A stretch of 35,688 nucleotides of DNA from an uncultured virus (IMG/VR IMGVR_UViG_3300027151_000003) (IMGVR_UViG_3300027151_000003); one strand, 5' to 3'; shown: positions 1-9,173, numbered from the stretch's first letter. The notes: generated by a model from the letters alone, not told the origin. Translations and numbers: made by a program.

Positions 1-1
1 A

Positions 2-169
2 GAGGAGGAAGATTACGAAGAAGACGACGAGGATTGGGAAGACGAAGAAGACGAAGTCGAGGATATGGAGAATCTCCATCAAGGAATCGAAGCCATAGCC
101 CGTATATTTGCCAAGGTCTTTATGGAGGAGATGAAGAAAGATAAGGGCGATGGAACCTCTAAGCCCTAA
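2..169 (+). CDS. C-terminal part of an acidic hypothetical protein (5' truncated by window edge)
   Basis: Open frame EEEDYEEDDEDWEDEEDEVEDMENLHQGIEAIARIFAKVFMEEMKKDKGDGTSKP*, stop at 167-169 overlapping the next gene start. Confidence 0.7.
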   Translation, partial: EEEDYEEDDEDWEDEEDEVEDMENLHQGIEAIARIFAKVFMEEMKKDKGDGTSKP

Positions 170-1070
170 AGCCCTAGGTATACTCCTACATATTCGCTCG
201 TTCGGTGCTCTGCGGGGCGCTGAGGGCCTCTCTGAGGCCTTCCAGACGGGGGTGAAGGTAATCCGCTCAGGGCTGACTGAGCTCCGTTCTAGGGGCTACG
301 TGGCCCTAGAGAAGGGTAGGGGTCAGGGAGGTCACTACTGGAGTCAGTTGCTAATTACCGAAGAGGGACTAGAGTATCTGTCACGGTATGCCGAAAAGGC
401 ACCTGGACGGAGTGCCAAAAAGGAACGCGGACCGCATGCCAAAAAAGGCAACTCCATTTCACAGAATAGCAATATAGCTAATTATCCTAATAGTCTATAT
501 ACAAATTCTTTATTAAAAGAGGGTCCGACGGAGTCGGACCACAATGAAACTTTTGAAACGATGGACCTAAAGATTGGAGAACAGATGTTAGGCGGGGACC
601 CAATTGACCCTGATGACTTGGCGGATTTAAAAGCAAAGGACCGCGAGCGAAAGCGCCGCGAAAAAACAGAGGCTCGTCAAGGTCGTCATGCAGATAAAGT
701 TATTGAACTTGCGAGTCGTGATGTTAAGGACTGGACACCTAGCCAAGTCTCTACATACTTTGCGGACCAGATGAAACAAATCTGGCACATTGCTGAGTGG
801 ACAACCAACCGCTCTGGATTAAATGGCGCCATTGAGTTGCTCCGCGAAAAGCACGGCACCAACGGTGAAGAAGAAAAAACTTTAATTGATAAGTTCTTAT
901 CAACCATCAAGCACGACAAGAGACTTGACAACCCAGATAAGGTGTGGCGTATGTTTATAAAGAGGGCGCCAGATATGCTTCCCGATATCCGCAGAAGTAG
1001 TAATACTGATGTTGATGTTGCAGCACTTAAGAATGACGCATCTAAATCATGGGAGGGCTTTAATGTATAA
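150..1070 (+). CDS. Putative phage replication initiator (N-terminal winged HTH)
   Basis: N-terminus (ALGILLHI...VIRSGLTELRSRGYV) resembles a wHTH initiator; lies directly upstream of a DnaC-like loader; contains internal iterons plus an AT-rich tract. Confidence 0.7.
   Translation: MEPLSPKALGILLHIRSFGALRGAEGLSEAFQTGVKVIRSGLTELRSRGYVALEKGRGQGGHYWSQLLITEEGLEYLSRYAEKAPGRSAKKERGPHAKKGNSISQNSNIANYPNSLYTNSLLKEGPTESDHNETFETMDLKIGEQMLGGDPIDPDDLADLKAKDRERKRREKTEARQGRHADKVIELASRDVKDWTPSQVSTYFADQMKQIWHIAEWTTNRSGLNGAIELLREKHGTNGEEEKTLIDKFLSTIKHDKRLDNPDKVWRMFIKRAPDMLPDIRRSSNTDVDVAALKNDASKSWEGFNV
383..540. repeat. Candidate replication origin: 3 iterons, AT-rich tract and a palindrome
   Basis: ACGGTATGCCGAAAAGGCAC (383), ACGGAGTGCCAAAAAGGAAC (407), ACCGCATGCCAAAAAAGGCAAC (431) at 24-bp period; AT-rich ~465-520; GGTCCGAC-GGA-GTCGGACC at 522-540. 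Confidence 0.65.
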
Positions 1071-1752
1071 GTTAGGGGAACAAAAAGTTAGACGTCGCTC
1101 CTGGATACAATCTGCTGGTATTCCATACTTGCTTCAAGGTTGGACTTTGGATGATTGCCAACAGTCAGACCCAGAAGACATTAAAAAGATACGTGCTTGG
1201 GTTCAAGCTGTTGCTGATGGCAAAGTAGTACGGGCTGCTGGTAACCCATCATGTGGAAAAGGTCTTCTATTATACGGCAACCCAGGGCGTGGAAAAACTA
1301 CTTTAGCTTTGTCGATTATTCAAGAAATGATGTTAACCCTGCCAATTGAGGCCTTTGACGTAAAGGCTAGCGAGTCATTAATTAGACCTTGTTACTTTAT
1401 GACCTTTAATGATTTCTTAAACCTCAAAGGTTCTATGATGAATGAGCCGACAGATGACCAAGACACCCTCTATCATGGTGTTCTAGGTGAGTCTTTAGCG
1501 GATGCCTACAATATACGTGTATTAGTTTTAGACGATATTGGTAAGGAACATGCGGGTCTCTCTGGGTGGCAAAAGAACATGCTCCATCATCTTTTGCGCA
1601 CTAGATACAACAACGGATTACCAACTATTATTACCACAAACGTAGAACTAAATGATTGGGCAGGCCTCTATGGGGACGCAACAGAGAGTTTCGCAAGGGG
1701 TGCGTTTGCCTATTTACCAGTCGTGTCACAAAGAGGAGACCTACGTAAATGA
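1063..1752 (+). CDS. DnaC/IstB-like AAA+ helicase loader
   Basis: Walker A GNPGRGKT, Walker B VLVLDDIGKE, RYNNGLPTIITTN; ATG at 1063 follows a GGAGGG RBS. Confidence 0.88.
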   Translation: MYKLGEQKVRRRSWIQSAGIPYLLQGWTLDDCQQSDPEDIKKIRAWVQAVADGKVVRAAGNPSCGKGLLLYGNPGRGKTTLALSIIQEMMLTLPIEAFDVKASESLIRPCYFMTFNDFLNLKGSMMNEPTDDQDTLYHGVLGESLADAYNIRVLVLDDIGKEHAGLSGWQKNMLHHLLRTRYNNGLPTIITTNVELNDWAGLYGDATESFARGAFAYLPVVSQRGDLRK

Positions 1753-2063
1753 GGAATACTGTGAATGAAGAGTTCAGACTGGTACAGGTTTTCCTAAGCC
1801 AGACTCAGACCCCAGGTCCAGGAATCTACGAAGTATCAGTTCAAGAAGGAACTGAGAAATTATCTTGTACATGTCCTGGCTTTAAAGGTCGTGCCACTTG
1901 CAAGCATGTTAAGTTTGTAAAGACGCGCATTGAAAATAATAACGGAAACTATCCTCTAGAAATCTCTAGTCGTGCTTCTAAAGACGACGCGGATAAAGCT
2001 CGCCAATCTAATACAGACTTTCGAGAATTTGTCATCAAGTTTGGAAAGATAGAGGTATTCTAA
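1749..2063 (+). CDS. SWIM zinc-finger protein
   Basis: CTCPGFKGRATCKH matches CxC-xn-CxH. Confidence 0.8.
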   Translation: MRNTVNEEFRLVQVFLSQTQTPGPGIYEVSVQEGTEKLSCTCPGFKGRATCKHVKFVKTRIENNNGNYPLEISSRASKDDADKARQSNTDFREFVIKFGKIEVF

Positions 2064-2067
2064 CCCC

Positions 2068-2475
2068 ATGAAGCATGGGGATATAAGTAACGAGTTACCA
2101 AAAAGGCTACTGGTTACCACCGACATTTTTTTAACACTTGAAATTAAAAAAGGCAAAAAGTTTAAAATAATTCCAACTGTTAAGATAGATAAAAAAATTG
2201 ACAGGGCCATCCTTAGTTGGTTGTACCTGTATACAAATAGAACAGGCTTTACATTAGAGCTTGTTTCATATGATTTAACGGAACAAGATTTATCTACATT
2301 GGTTGACCAGCTTGACAAGGCAGGTACTAACCCGTTTAGATACTTTACGGCATACGATACGGTCAACCATTTAGTATCTGAGTTACCCCTCAGACCTGAA
2401 GTTGTAGGTGTCGTTGATATACAATCAAGGCTCCTACGATACGGGCACTGGGGACGGGACTTTAAAGGCTTATGA
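2068..2475 (+). CDS. Hypothetical protein
   Basis: 135-aa ORF tightly packed in the operon. Confidence 0.7.
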   Translation: MKHGDISNELPKRLLVTTDIFLTLEIKKGKKFKIIPTVKIDKKIDRAILSWLYLYTNRTGFTLELVSYDLTEQDLSTLVDQLDKAGTNPFRYFTAYDTVNHLVSELPLRPEVVGVVDIQSRLLRYGHWGRDFKGL

Positions 2476-3695
2476 ACAATGAAACTAAATTACTAAGTAA
2501 AGTTCTTGCTGACCGCGACCTAGCCCTTTTATTTGAACGTGGTGTACATGACTCCTGGTTTATTGACCCAGATAATAAACAAGTCTGGAAGCTAACCCGA
2601 GAACACTTCACAACTTACGCTGAAGTCCCAAGCCTTGACGTAATTAAACAAAACTTTCCTAACTATAAATTAGTAGATGTACAAGACTCTCTTGAGTATT
2701 TAATAGATGTTGTAGTTAAAGAGCGCCGTGTTGCAGCCACCATCAAGATGATTGATGGTGCTATTAAATTTATTGATGCTCAAGACCACGAGACAGCGCT
2801 TCTTACATTACAGAGCGGGATGTCCAGTCTTGAAGAAGATGGCTTAAGTAAAAGCAGCGACCTAGATGTAACTAACGAGCCACTATCTCGTTGGGATGAG
2901 TATGAGTATCGCAAGAACAACCCAGGACTTCTTGGAGTTCCAACAGGGTTCCCAACTATGGACCTAGCAACTGGTGGTCTACAAGACGGGCAGTTAATTG
3001 TTATTGTGGCCCCACCTAAGACTGGTAAGTCAACTCTTGCATTACAGATTGCACAGAACGTGCACATGCAAGACAAGAAAGTTATGTTCCAGTCTTTTGA
3101 GATGAGCAACAGCGAACAGATTACCCGTTATGACTCTATGCGAGCTCGCATTTCCCACAGTCGACTAATCAATGGTTTGTTAACACCAGAAGAAGAAGCA
3201 CGGTATAAGCAAAAGCTTGAGAACATTACAAAGATGCGTGAGAAGTTCTGGTTAGTTGATGCCGCATCAGGTATGACCGTAACTGGTATTGCTAGCAAAA
3301 TTCAGGTCTTGCATCCAGACATTGTATTTATTGACGGTACCTATTTGATGATTGATGAGCAGACTGGTAAGTCCAACGAGCCACTTGCTATTACTAACAT
3401 TACTCGTTCTTTAAAGCGCATGGCTCAAAAGTTTAAGGTGCCTATTGTTGTATCAACCCAAGCATTGAAATGGAAGATGAGCAAGGGTCAGGTAACAGCC
3501 GACTCTATTGGTTACTCATCTTCTTTCCACCAAGACGCAGACGTGTTGTTTGGTTTACAGCGTGAAGATGAAGCGGTAGATGACACACGTTTATTAAAGA
3601 TTCTTGATAGCCGTAACTCTGGACGCGCAGAGGTATCACTTATGTGGGATTGGAATAATGGCCAGTTCCGTGAGATTGATGGAAGTGACCTATGA
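2472..3695 (+). CDS. dnaB: Replicative DnaB-like (SF4) helicase
   Basis: GVPTGFPTMD, APPKTGKS Walker A, SFEMS, VFIDG, SLKRMAQKFKVPIVVSTQ, QDADVLFGL. Confidence 0.93.
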   Translation: MNNETKLLSKVLADRDLALLFERGVHDSWFIDPDNKQVWKLTREHFTTYAEVPSLDVIKQNFPNYKLVDVQDSLEYLIDVVVKERRVAATIKMIDGAIKFIDAQDHETALLTLQSGMSSLEEDGLSKSSDLDVTNEPLSRWDEYEYRKNNPGLLGVPTGFPTMDLATGGLQDGQLIVIVAPPKTGKSTLALQIAQNVHMQDKKVMFQSFEMSNSEQITRYDSMRARISHSRLINGLLTPEEEARYKQKLENITKMREKFWLVDAASGMTVTGIASKIQVLHPDIVFIDGTYLMIDEQTGKSNEPLAITNITRSLKRMAQKFKVPIVVSTQALKWKMSKGQVTADSIGYSSSFHQDADVLFGLQREDEAVDDTRLLKILDSRNSGRAEVSLMWDWNNGQFREIDGSDL

Positions 3696-4621
3696 CCATA
3701 GAGGAAATGGAAGACACACTTGAAAGGCTAGGTATTGAAGTTGTTTCTACTAGAGGTTCCGAAATCCAAGGCTATTGCCCAGCACACGTTGAGCGTACGG
3801 GCCACGAAGACCGTAACCCGTCGTGGTGGATTAACTCAGACACAGGTGCCCATATCTGTTTTTCATGCCACTTCAAAGGCGGACTGCTGTCCTTGGTTTC
3901 CTATATTCAAAAGTGGGACTTTGATAAATCTAAAGAGTGGCTTGAAGATGGAACAACAAATCTTAGTGCTGCACTACAAAAAGCAGTAAAGCCTAAAAAA
4001 ATATTTGAAGAGTTAACTTATATAACGGAGTCTATGCTTGCTGCGTTTGGTACTCCACCAGATGACGCTTTAAAAGCTAGAGGGTTAACAGCATCAACCG
4101 CAGCAGAGTATGAAGTGTTGTGGGATAACAGACACAGTAATTGGATTACCGTTATCCGCGACCCATACACACATAAGTTATTGGGGTGGCAGGAGAAGGG
4201 TCACAAGTCTAGGTTTTTTAGAAATCAACCTACAGGTGTGCAGAAAAGTAACTCCCTATTTGGTTTTAAACAATACACAGGCGGAGACATGATTGTTGTT
4301 GAGTCGCCGTTAGACGTTGTTCGCTTAGCGTCTGTAGGGATTAAAGGTGGGGTTAGTACCTACGGTTCAATAGTATCCATGCAACAGTTTAATGTTATTA
4401 GAGGAGCCGATAGGGTTATCTTTGCTATGGACAATGATACGTCTGGGCGTGAGTCGTCCGTAAACCTTTTAATTCTTTGTCAAGAGTATGGCAAGGAAGC
4501 TTGGTTTTTTAATTATGAGCAGACCGAAATGAAAGATGTTGGCGGAATGAGCAAAGCCGAGATACAGTACGGCTTAGAGAAGGCTCGTCACATGGTTCAT
4601 GGAAAGAAGGCGCTTCGATGA
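3692..4621 (+). CDS. DNA primase (zinc finger + TOPRIM)
   Basis: CPAH...CFSC zinc-binding motif; VVESPLD and AMDND TOPRIM motifs; KDVG. Confidence 0.9.
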   Translation: MTIEEMEDTLERLGIEVVSTRGSEIQGYCPAHVERTGHEDRNPSWWINSDTGAHICFSCHFKGGLLSLVSYIQKWDFDKSKEWLEDGTTNLSAALQKAVKPKKIFEELTYITESMLAAFGTPPDDALKARGLTASTAAEYEVLWDNRHSNWITVIRDPYTHKLLGWQEKGHKSRFFRNQPTGVQKSNSLFGFKQYTGGDMIVVESPLDVVRLASVGIKGGVSTYGSIVSMQQFNVIRGADRVIFAMDNDTSGRESSVNLLILCQEYGKEAWFFNYEQTEMKDVGGMSKAEIQYGLEKARHMVHGKKALR

Positions 4622-5160
4622 TTATTGGACTTACAGGTTATGCACAGTCTGGCAAAGACTCTGTTGCTGATATCCTTGTTAAAAACTATGGCTATACACG
4701 CATAGCTTTTGCAGACCCTATTCGCAAACTTCTTTATGAGATGAACCCTATAGTTAAAGATGGTGGGTATAGGGTCCAACCAGTTGTTGATAGTTACGGT
4801 TGGGATGTTGCCAAGACTGCTTTCCCAGAAATTCGCACTATGTTACAGAGTCTAGGTGTCGGCGCTCGTAAAACTTTTGGTGATATGTTTTGGGTAAAGC
4901 AAGCATTAAATGAACTTCAGTTGTTTGGAGAAGTTAACTATGTTATTACAGATGTTAGGTATCCAAATGAAGCTAAGGCTATTAGAGACTACGACAACTC
5001 ACAGATTTGGCGCATAAGGCGCAGTGGGGTTATCCCAGTAAATGCTCACTCGTCAGAGACCGCCATGGATGGTGAAAAGGTTGACCAAATATTTCTTAAC
5101 AACGGTACCCTTGATGACCTTAAGATTCTTATACAAACTAGAATGAGAGGGTACTCATGA
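4618..5160 (+). CDS. Deoxynucleoside monophosphate kinase
   Basis: IIGLTGYAQSGKDS, FADPIR, VITDVRYPNEA, HSSE motifs. Confidence 0.9.
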   Translation: MIIGLTGYAQSGKDSVADILVKNYGYTRIAFADPIRKLLYEMNPIVKDGGYRVQPVVDSYGWDVAKTAFPEIRTMLQSLGVGARKTFGDMFWVKQALNELQLFGEVNYVITDVRYPNEAKAIRDYDNSQIWRIRRSGVIPVNAHSSETAMDGEKVDQIFLNNGTLDDLKILIQTRMRGYS

Positions 5161-5396
5161 TTATGGAGTATGGGTCCTGGGTCCTTGCTGTTATAGGTGT
5201 AGGCGGGATTTACTTTGTTGGACGTAAAACTATTTGGGGCTGGCTAGTGCTTCTTTTTAACGAAGTCTTGTGGATTGGTTACGCGCTAACTACTGACCAG
5301 TACGGTTTTATCTTTTCTGCTCTTGCCTACGCTCTTGTCTATATTAGGTCTTATATCCATTGGTCTAAAGATAGAGTTAACGAGATACCTCTGTGA
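5157..5396 (+). CDS. Small membrane protein, PnuC-like half transporter
   Basis: 79 aa with about 3 hydrophobic helices; KTIWGW...W..YA...QYG pattern. Confidence 0.55.
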   Translation: MIMEYGSWVLAVIGVGGIYFVGRKTIWGWLVLLFNEVLWIGYALTTDQYGFIFSALAYALVYIRSYIHWSKDRVNEIPL

Positions 5397-6982
5397 CATT
5401 TACAGGAACCCTTTTGCCTTATCAACCTGAGGCTGTTGACCGCATGTGCGAGCGCCAGAAGATGCTAGTTGCTTACGACCTTGGTTTGGGTAAGACTGTC
5501 CTGACTATTGCAGCTATAGAACGTTTGATGGATGAGAACAAAATTACAGAGCCAGGTCTTATAATATGTCTATCCTCATTGAAGTATCAGTGGGCTAACC
5601 AGATTGAGAAATTTACTAATGGAACTTCAAAGGCTTTGGTTATTGATGGAACGCCGAAGAAACGTGCAGAGCAGTACGCTGAAGCCATGGACTGGCGGAC
5701 TACAGGGATTGATTACATCGTTCTTAACTACGAGCAGGTTGTTAACGACTGGGATTCCATCAAAGAACTACCACGAGGATTCGTTGTACTTGACGAAGCC
5801 ACAGCCATCAAGTCCTTCAAATCCAAGCGCTCCAGAGCAGTAAAGAAGTTAATCAATGCTAAATATAGATTTGCACTCACTGGTACTCCGATTGAAAATG
5901 GCAAGCCTGAAGAGCTGTATAGCATTATGCAGTTCGTTGACGCCAGCGTACTTGGTAGGTTTGACATCTTTGATGCTGCTTTTATTGTAAGAAATTCTTG
6001 GGGAGCTCCCCAGTACTACCGTAACTTAAAGACCCTGCATGAGAAGATGAAAGAAGCTTCTGTACGTAAAGCTCAGAAAGACCCAGATGTCGCCCCTTAC
6101 TTGCCAGACACTATCCACAAAGACCCTATAAAGATTTTCTTTGACCGCAGGGCATCTAAGTTATACGGTCAGGTAACTTCAGATTTGATTAATGACCTGG
6201 ATGAAGCTCAGGATTTATTTGGCCATAACTTTAATCTTCTAGCTCACTACGGCGTTGAGTCTCGTCGAGGCGGTCCAGAGGATGAAATGCGTGGCAAGAT
6301 TATGTCTAAGATTGGCGCATTAAAGATGCTGTGTTCTCACCCAGAGTTGTTAACAACTAGCGCTAAAAAGTTTAAACAGATGGGTGGAGAAGGCTCAGCT
6401 TATATTGCTGAGCTTGTAGACACTGGTAAGTTAGACGGATTAACTAACTCTCCTAAATTAGATTACCTAGTTCAATATGTAAAAGACCACCTAGAACAGA
6501 GCGAAGACAACAAGGTAGTTATATTTGCTACCTATGTAGATATGTTAGATAAAGTCGTTGACGCACTGGGCGTTGACATGTGTAGAAAGTACTCGGGAAA
6601 ACTAGATGCTAAAACCAAAGAAGAAAATAAAATTGCCTTCAACACTGACCCCACTATTCGTGTTCTTGTTAGCTCTGATGCTGGGGGCTACGGTGTGGAC
6701 CTCCCTGCTGCTAACCTTCTTATCAACTATGATTTACCTTGGAGTTCAGGAAACGCTACGCAAAGGAATGGTCGTATTCAAAGAGCGTCCTCCACGTGGC
6801 CCACAATCGTAATCCAAGATATTCTTATCGCTGGCTCAATTGAAGAGCGTCAACACGAGGCGCTGCAACAGAAAAACTCTGTTGCTAACGCTATCATTGA
6901 CGGCACTGGCATGACAGAAGATGGTGGAGTACCATTGAGTGTTGGTAGCTTGAGACAGTTTTTACTTGCAGCAAATGTTTAA
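5393..6982 (+). CDS. SNF2-family (SF2) helicase
   Basis: LLPYQ, DLGLGKT, VLDEA, ALTGTPIEN, GGYGVDL, NYDLPW, QRNGRIQR. Confidence 0.93.
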   Translation: MTFTGTLLPYQPEAVDRMCERQKMLVAYDLGLGKTVLTIAAIERLMDENKITEPGLIICLSSLKYQWANQIEKFTNGTSKALVIDGTPKKRAEQYAEAMDWRTTGIDYIVLNYEQVVNDWDSIKELPRGFVVLDEATAIKSFKSKRSRAVKKLINAKYRFALTGTPIENGKPEELYSIMQFVDASVLGRFDIFDAAFIVRNSWGAPQYYRNLKTLHEKMKEASVRKAQKDPDVAPYLPDTIHKDPIKIFFDRRASKLYGQVTSDLINDLDEAQDLFGHNFNLLAHYGVESRRGGPEDEMRGKIMSKIGALKMLCSHPELLTTSAKKFKQMGGEGSAYIAELVDTGKLDGLTNSPKLDYLVQYVKDHLEQSEDNKVVIFATYVDMLDKVVDALGVDMCRKYSGKLDAKTKEENKIAFNTDPTIRVLVSSDAGGYGVDLPAANLLINYDLPWSSGNATQRNGRIQRASSTWPTIVIQDILIAGSIEERQHEALQQKNSVANAIIDGTGMTEDGGVPLSVGSLRQFLLAANV

Positions 6983-7055
6983 TGCCCTATAGCTCAGCTG
7001 GCAGAGCGAGCGACTGTTAATCGCTAGGTCCCTGGTTCGAGCCCAGGTGGGGCAG
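6983..7055 (+). tRNA. tRNA-Asn (GTT), no encoded CCA
   Basis: Cloverleaf: acceptor TGCCCTA/TGGGGCA, anticodon loop CTGTTAA, T-loop TTCGAGC. Confidence 0.95.
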
Positions 7056-7059
7056 CGAT

Positions 7060-7135
7060 GCGGTTGTAGCTCAGTTGGTAGAGCGGCACCTTGCCAAGGT
7101 GCAGGTCGCGAGTTCGAGCCTCGTCAACCGCTCCA
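7060..7135 (+). tRNA. tRNA-Gly (GCC), CCA encoded
   Basis: Acceptor GCGGTTG/CAACCGC, anticodon loop TTGCCAA, ends in TCCA. Confidence 0.96.
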
Positions 7136-7136
7136 G

Positions 7137-7207
7137 TCCCACCTCGTCTAACGGCAGGACGGCGCCCTCTGGAGGCGTCTATCGTGGTTCGAATCCATGG
7201 GTGGGAG
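7137..7207 (+). tRNA. tRNA-Gln (CTG), no encoded CCA
   Basis: Acceptor TCCCACC/GGTGGGA, anticodon loop CTCTGGA, T-loop TTCGAAT. Confidence 0.93.
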
Positions 7208-7214
7208 CTTTACA

Positions 7215-7243
7215 CCCAACGATAATCGTTGGGCAGGTATACT
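7215..7243 (+). promoter_or_regulatory. Perfect palindrome (candidate operator) plus -10 box of a leaderless gene
   Basis: CCCAACGAT-A-ATCGTTGGG (7215-7233); TATACT at 7238-7243, 6 nt before ATG 7250. Confidence 0.55.
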
Positions 7244-7249
7244 TATAGG

Positions 7250-7393
7250 ATGCCTAACGCACCTAAGACCCCAACGCGTACTATCCGCGTATCTGATAGC
7301 CTATGGACCGCTGTCCAAAAGAAGGCTAAGGCAGAGAAGATTACCGTTACAAGCGTCATTATCAAAGCGCTAGAGGATTATCTTAACAAGTAA
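7250..7393 (+). CDS. Ribbon-helix-helix DNA-binding protein (not in the ORF track)
   Basis: MPNAPKTPTRTIRVSDSLWTAVQKKAKAEKITVTSVIIKALEDYLNK; strand-helix-helix pattern typical of RHH. Confidence 0.8.
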   Translation: MPNAPKTPTRTIRVSDSLWTAVQKKAKAEKITVTSVIIKALEDYLNK

Positions 7394-7394
7394 C

Positions 7395-7538
7395 ATGGGC
7401 AAGCACCACGATAAGATTGCCAAGGCCTTGGCTCAACGCCAAGCGTCAACCCCCAATGGCTCTGGTTATAAGAAGCCTGGCAGCATGAACAAGAAGAAGA
7501 CTGGCTACAGAGGAATCAAGGCTAACAACGCCAAATAG
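7395..7538 (+). CDS. Small basic hypothetical protein (47 aa, not in the ORF track)
   Basis: MGKHHDKIAKALAQRQASTPNGSGYKKPGSMNKKKTGYRGIKANNAK, fills the gap after the RHH gene. Confidence 0.65.
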   Translation: MGKHHDKIAKALAQRQASTPNGSGYKKPGSMNKKKTGYRGIKANNAK

Positions 7539-7542
7539 TAAG

Positions 7543-7572
7543 TTGACAGACCCTAGGACTTGGTATTAGGTT
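7543..7572 (+). promoter_or_regulatory. SigA/sigma70-type promoter
   Basis: TTGACA-N18-TAGGTT upstream of ORF 7603. Confidence 0.65.
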
Positions 7573-7602
7573 ATAACCAAGTTCAACAGATAGGGGATTT
7601 TC

Positions 7603-8013
7603 ATGGATACAACAGCTATCCGCTCGTTTATTAATCAATATCAAAAACTTAAAGATGAAGTAGATTTTTTAAGTAAAAGACAAACAGAAATTAAAGGTCG
7701 ACTAACTCAGTCTATTGATGAGTTTGGCGCCGCCGATGAACGCGGTCACATTGTTCTTACAGTCCCTGCAGAGATGTCAGAGGAACAAGATGTAACTATT
7801 ATGAAGCAACGTCGTGTTGCAAAAAACCTAGACATGGATGTAGCAGAAGATATCCTTACTAAAAAAGGTATCCGCGATAAGTGTATTAAGATGGTTCCAC
7901 AAATTGATGAAGCAGCAATCATGGCTGCTTTCTATGAGGGGTATTTAACAGAGGATGACATTGACACGATGTTCCCATCTAAAGTTACTTATGCATTTAT
8001 TGTAGGAAAGTAA
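7603..8013 (+). CDS. Hypothetical protein (N-terminal coiled coil, possibly Gam-like)
   Basis: 136-aa ORF with an AGGGGA RBS; function inferred only loosely. Confidence 0.65.
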   Translation: MDTTAIRSFINQYQKLKDEVDFLSKRQTEIKGRLTQSIDEFGAADERGHIVLTVPAEMSEEQDVTIMKQRRVAKNLDMDVAEDILTKKGIRDKCIKMVPQIDEAAIMAAFYEGYLTEDDIDTMFPSKVTYAFIVGK

Positions 8014-8022
8014 TAGGCTTAA

Positions 8023-8496
8023 ATGTCAGACGAGATAGATAAGATGTTTTCTGATTTGGATACTTATTATCCAAACAGTAAACGAAAGCGTCGGGAATTA
8101 AAAAAGCCCGAGGTAGATGTTCCAGATACATGGGATACAACATCCTATAAAAAGACTCTACCTAATGGTAAGGACATAGAGTTCTATACCATTGGCGCTC
8201 TCGCACAAGCGTTAGGAAGACCTGTAATAACAGTCCGTACATGGATTAAAGAGGGATACCTACCGCCATCACCTTACCGACTTCCCACAAAGAAGAACCG
8301 TAACGGGGATGACCATAAAGGTCGGAGACTGTACTCTCGGGCCCAGATAGAAGCAGTTGTTGAACTGTTTGGTAAGTCTGGAGTTTTGCACGTGAAACGT
8401 ATAGACTGGCCAAATCAGCAATTAACAAATGCTATTGCTGATACTTGGAAACGTATCCAAGTCGAAGATGCTAAAACAAACGAAACAAAGGAATGA
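8023..8496 (+). CDS. MerR-like HTH DNA-binding protein
   Basis: FYTIGALAQALGRPVITVRTWIKEGYLP...RRLYS. Confidence 0.8.
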   Translation: MSDEIDKMFSDLDTYYPNSKRKRRELKKPEVDVPDTWDTTSYKKTLPNGKDIEFYTIGALAQALGRPVITVRTWIKEGYLPPSPYRLPTKKNRNGDDHKGRRLYSRAQIEAVVELFGKSGVLHVKRIDWPNQQLTNAIADTWKRIQVEDAKTNETKE

Positions 8497-8497
8497 T

Positions 8498-9163
8498 ATG
8501 TCAATCAATCGCACGGAAGATTTTCTTCCAAAAGTAGACGAGTTCTCAGTGGACTCACAAATTGATGAGCGTCCGACTCAATCAAGCAGTAACGCAGTAC
8601 AATCAGGATGGGATGCAGCCGAAAAGCTCACCGTATCCGCAGGTGACTACCCAACAGAATTTAAGTTTGTTGATGGTGAGTTCACAATTGTTAAGTTCAT
8701 TGACCAGAATGGTCCCTTTGCTATCTACAAGCAACACTTCCTACAGCAGAAAACTGTGGGCAAGCGCTCGTATGTATCACTAGGGGCTAACGACCCACTA
8801 TGCGTAAAGCTAGGCAGCAAGCCTGAAGACAAGAGAGCATTCACGATGGCAGTGGTTACTCCAGCAGGTGTTGTACGTCAGATGCTTATCGCAAGCCCTC
8901 GCTTGTACAAAACATTGTACGCAGCAGAGTTCTCACCACAAGGTCCTTTGACCAAGAACTACTGGGCTATTAGCCGCACTGGAAAGATGCAGCAAACTGT
9001 GTATCACCTCAACGCAGTTAAGCCACGCGACCTCATGGAAGACTGGGGAATCGATTCAGACATGGCAGAAAAGGGTGTTGCCGAAATCAAGCCGTTCGAA
9101 CGTTCCGTTATTAAGGAACACACATGGGCGGAACTTGAAGAAATCGCCAACTCACTTCTCTAA
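8498..9163 (+). CDS. Putative ssDNA-binding protein
   Basis: Likely start MSINRTEDF at 8498 after an AAGGAA RBS; beta-rich core, acidic C-terminus, directly upstream of the polymerase; function inferred. Confidence 0.5.
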   Translation: MSINRTEDFLPKVDEFSVDSQIDERPTQSSSNAVQSGWDAAEKLTVSAGDYPTEFKFVDGEFTIVKFIDQNGPFAIYKQHFLQQKTVGKRSYVSLGANDPLCVKLGSKPEDKRAFTMAVVTPAGVVRQMLIASPRLYKTLYAAEFSPQGPLTKNYWAISRTGKMQQTVYHLNAVKPRDLMEDWGIDSDMAEKGVAEIKPFERSVIKEHTWAELEEIANSLL

Positions 9164-9173
9164 CAACTAGCGT

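Noticed and set aside
8014..8025. Leaderless promoter for the MerR-like gene
   Set aside because: TAGGCT lies only 3 nt from the ATG, which does not fit the N6 geometry of the other cases
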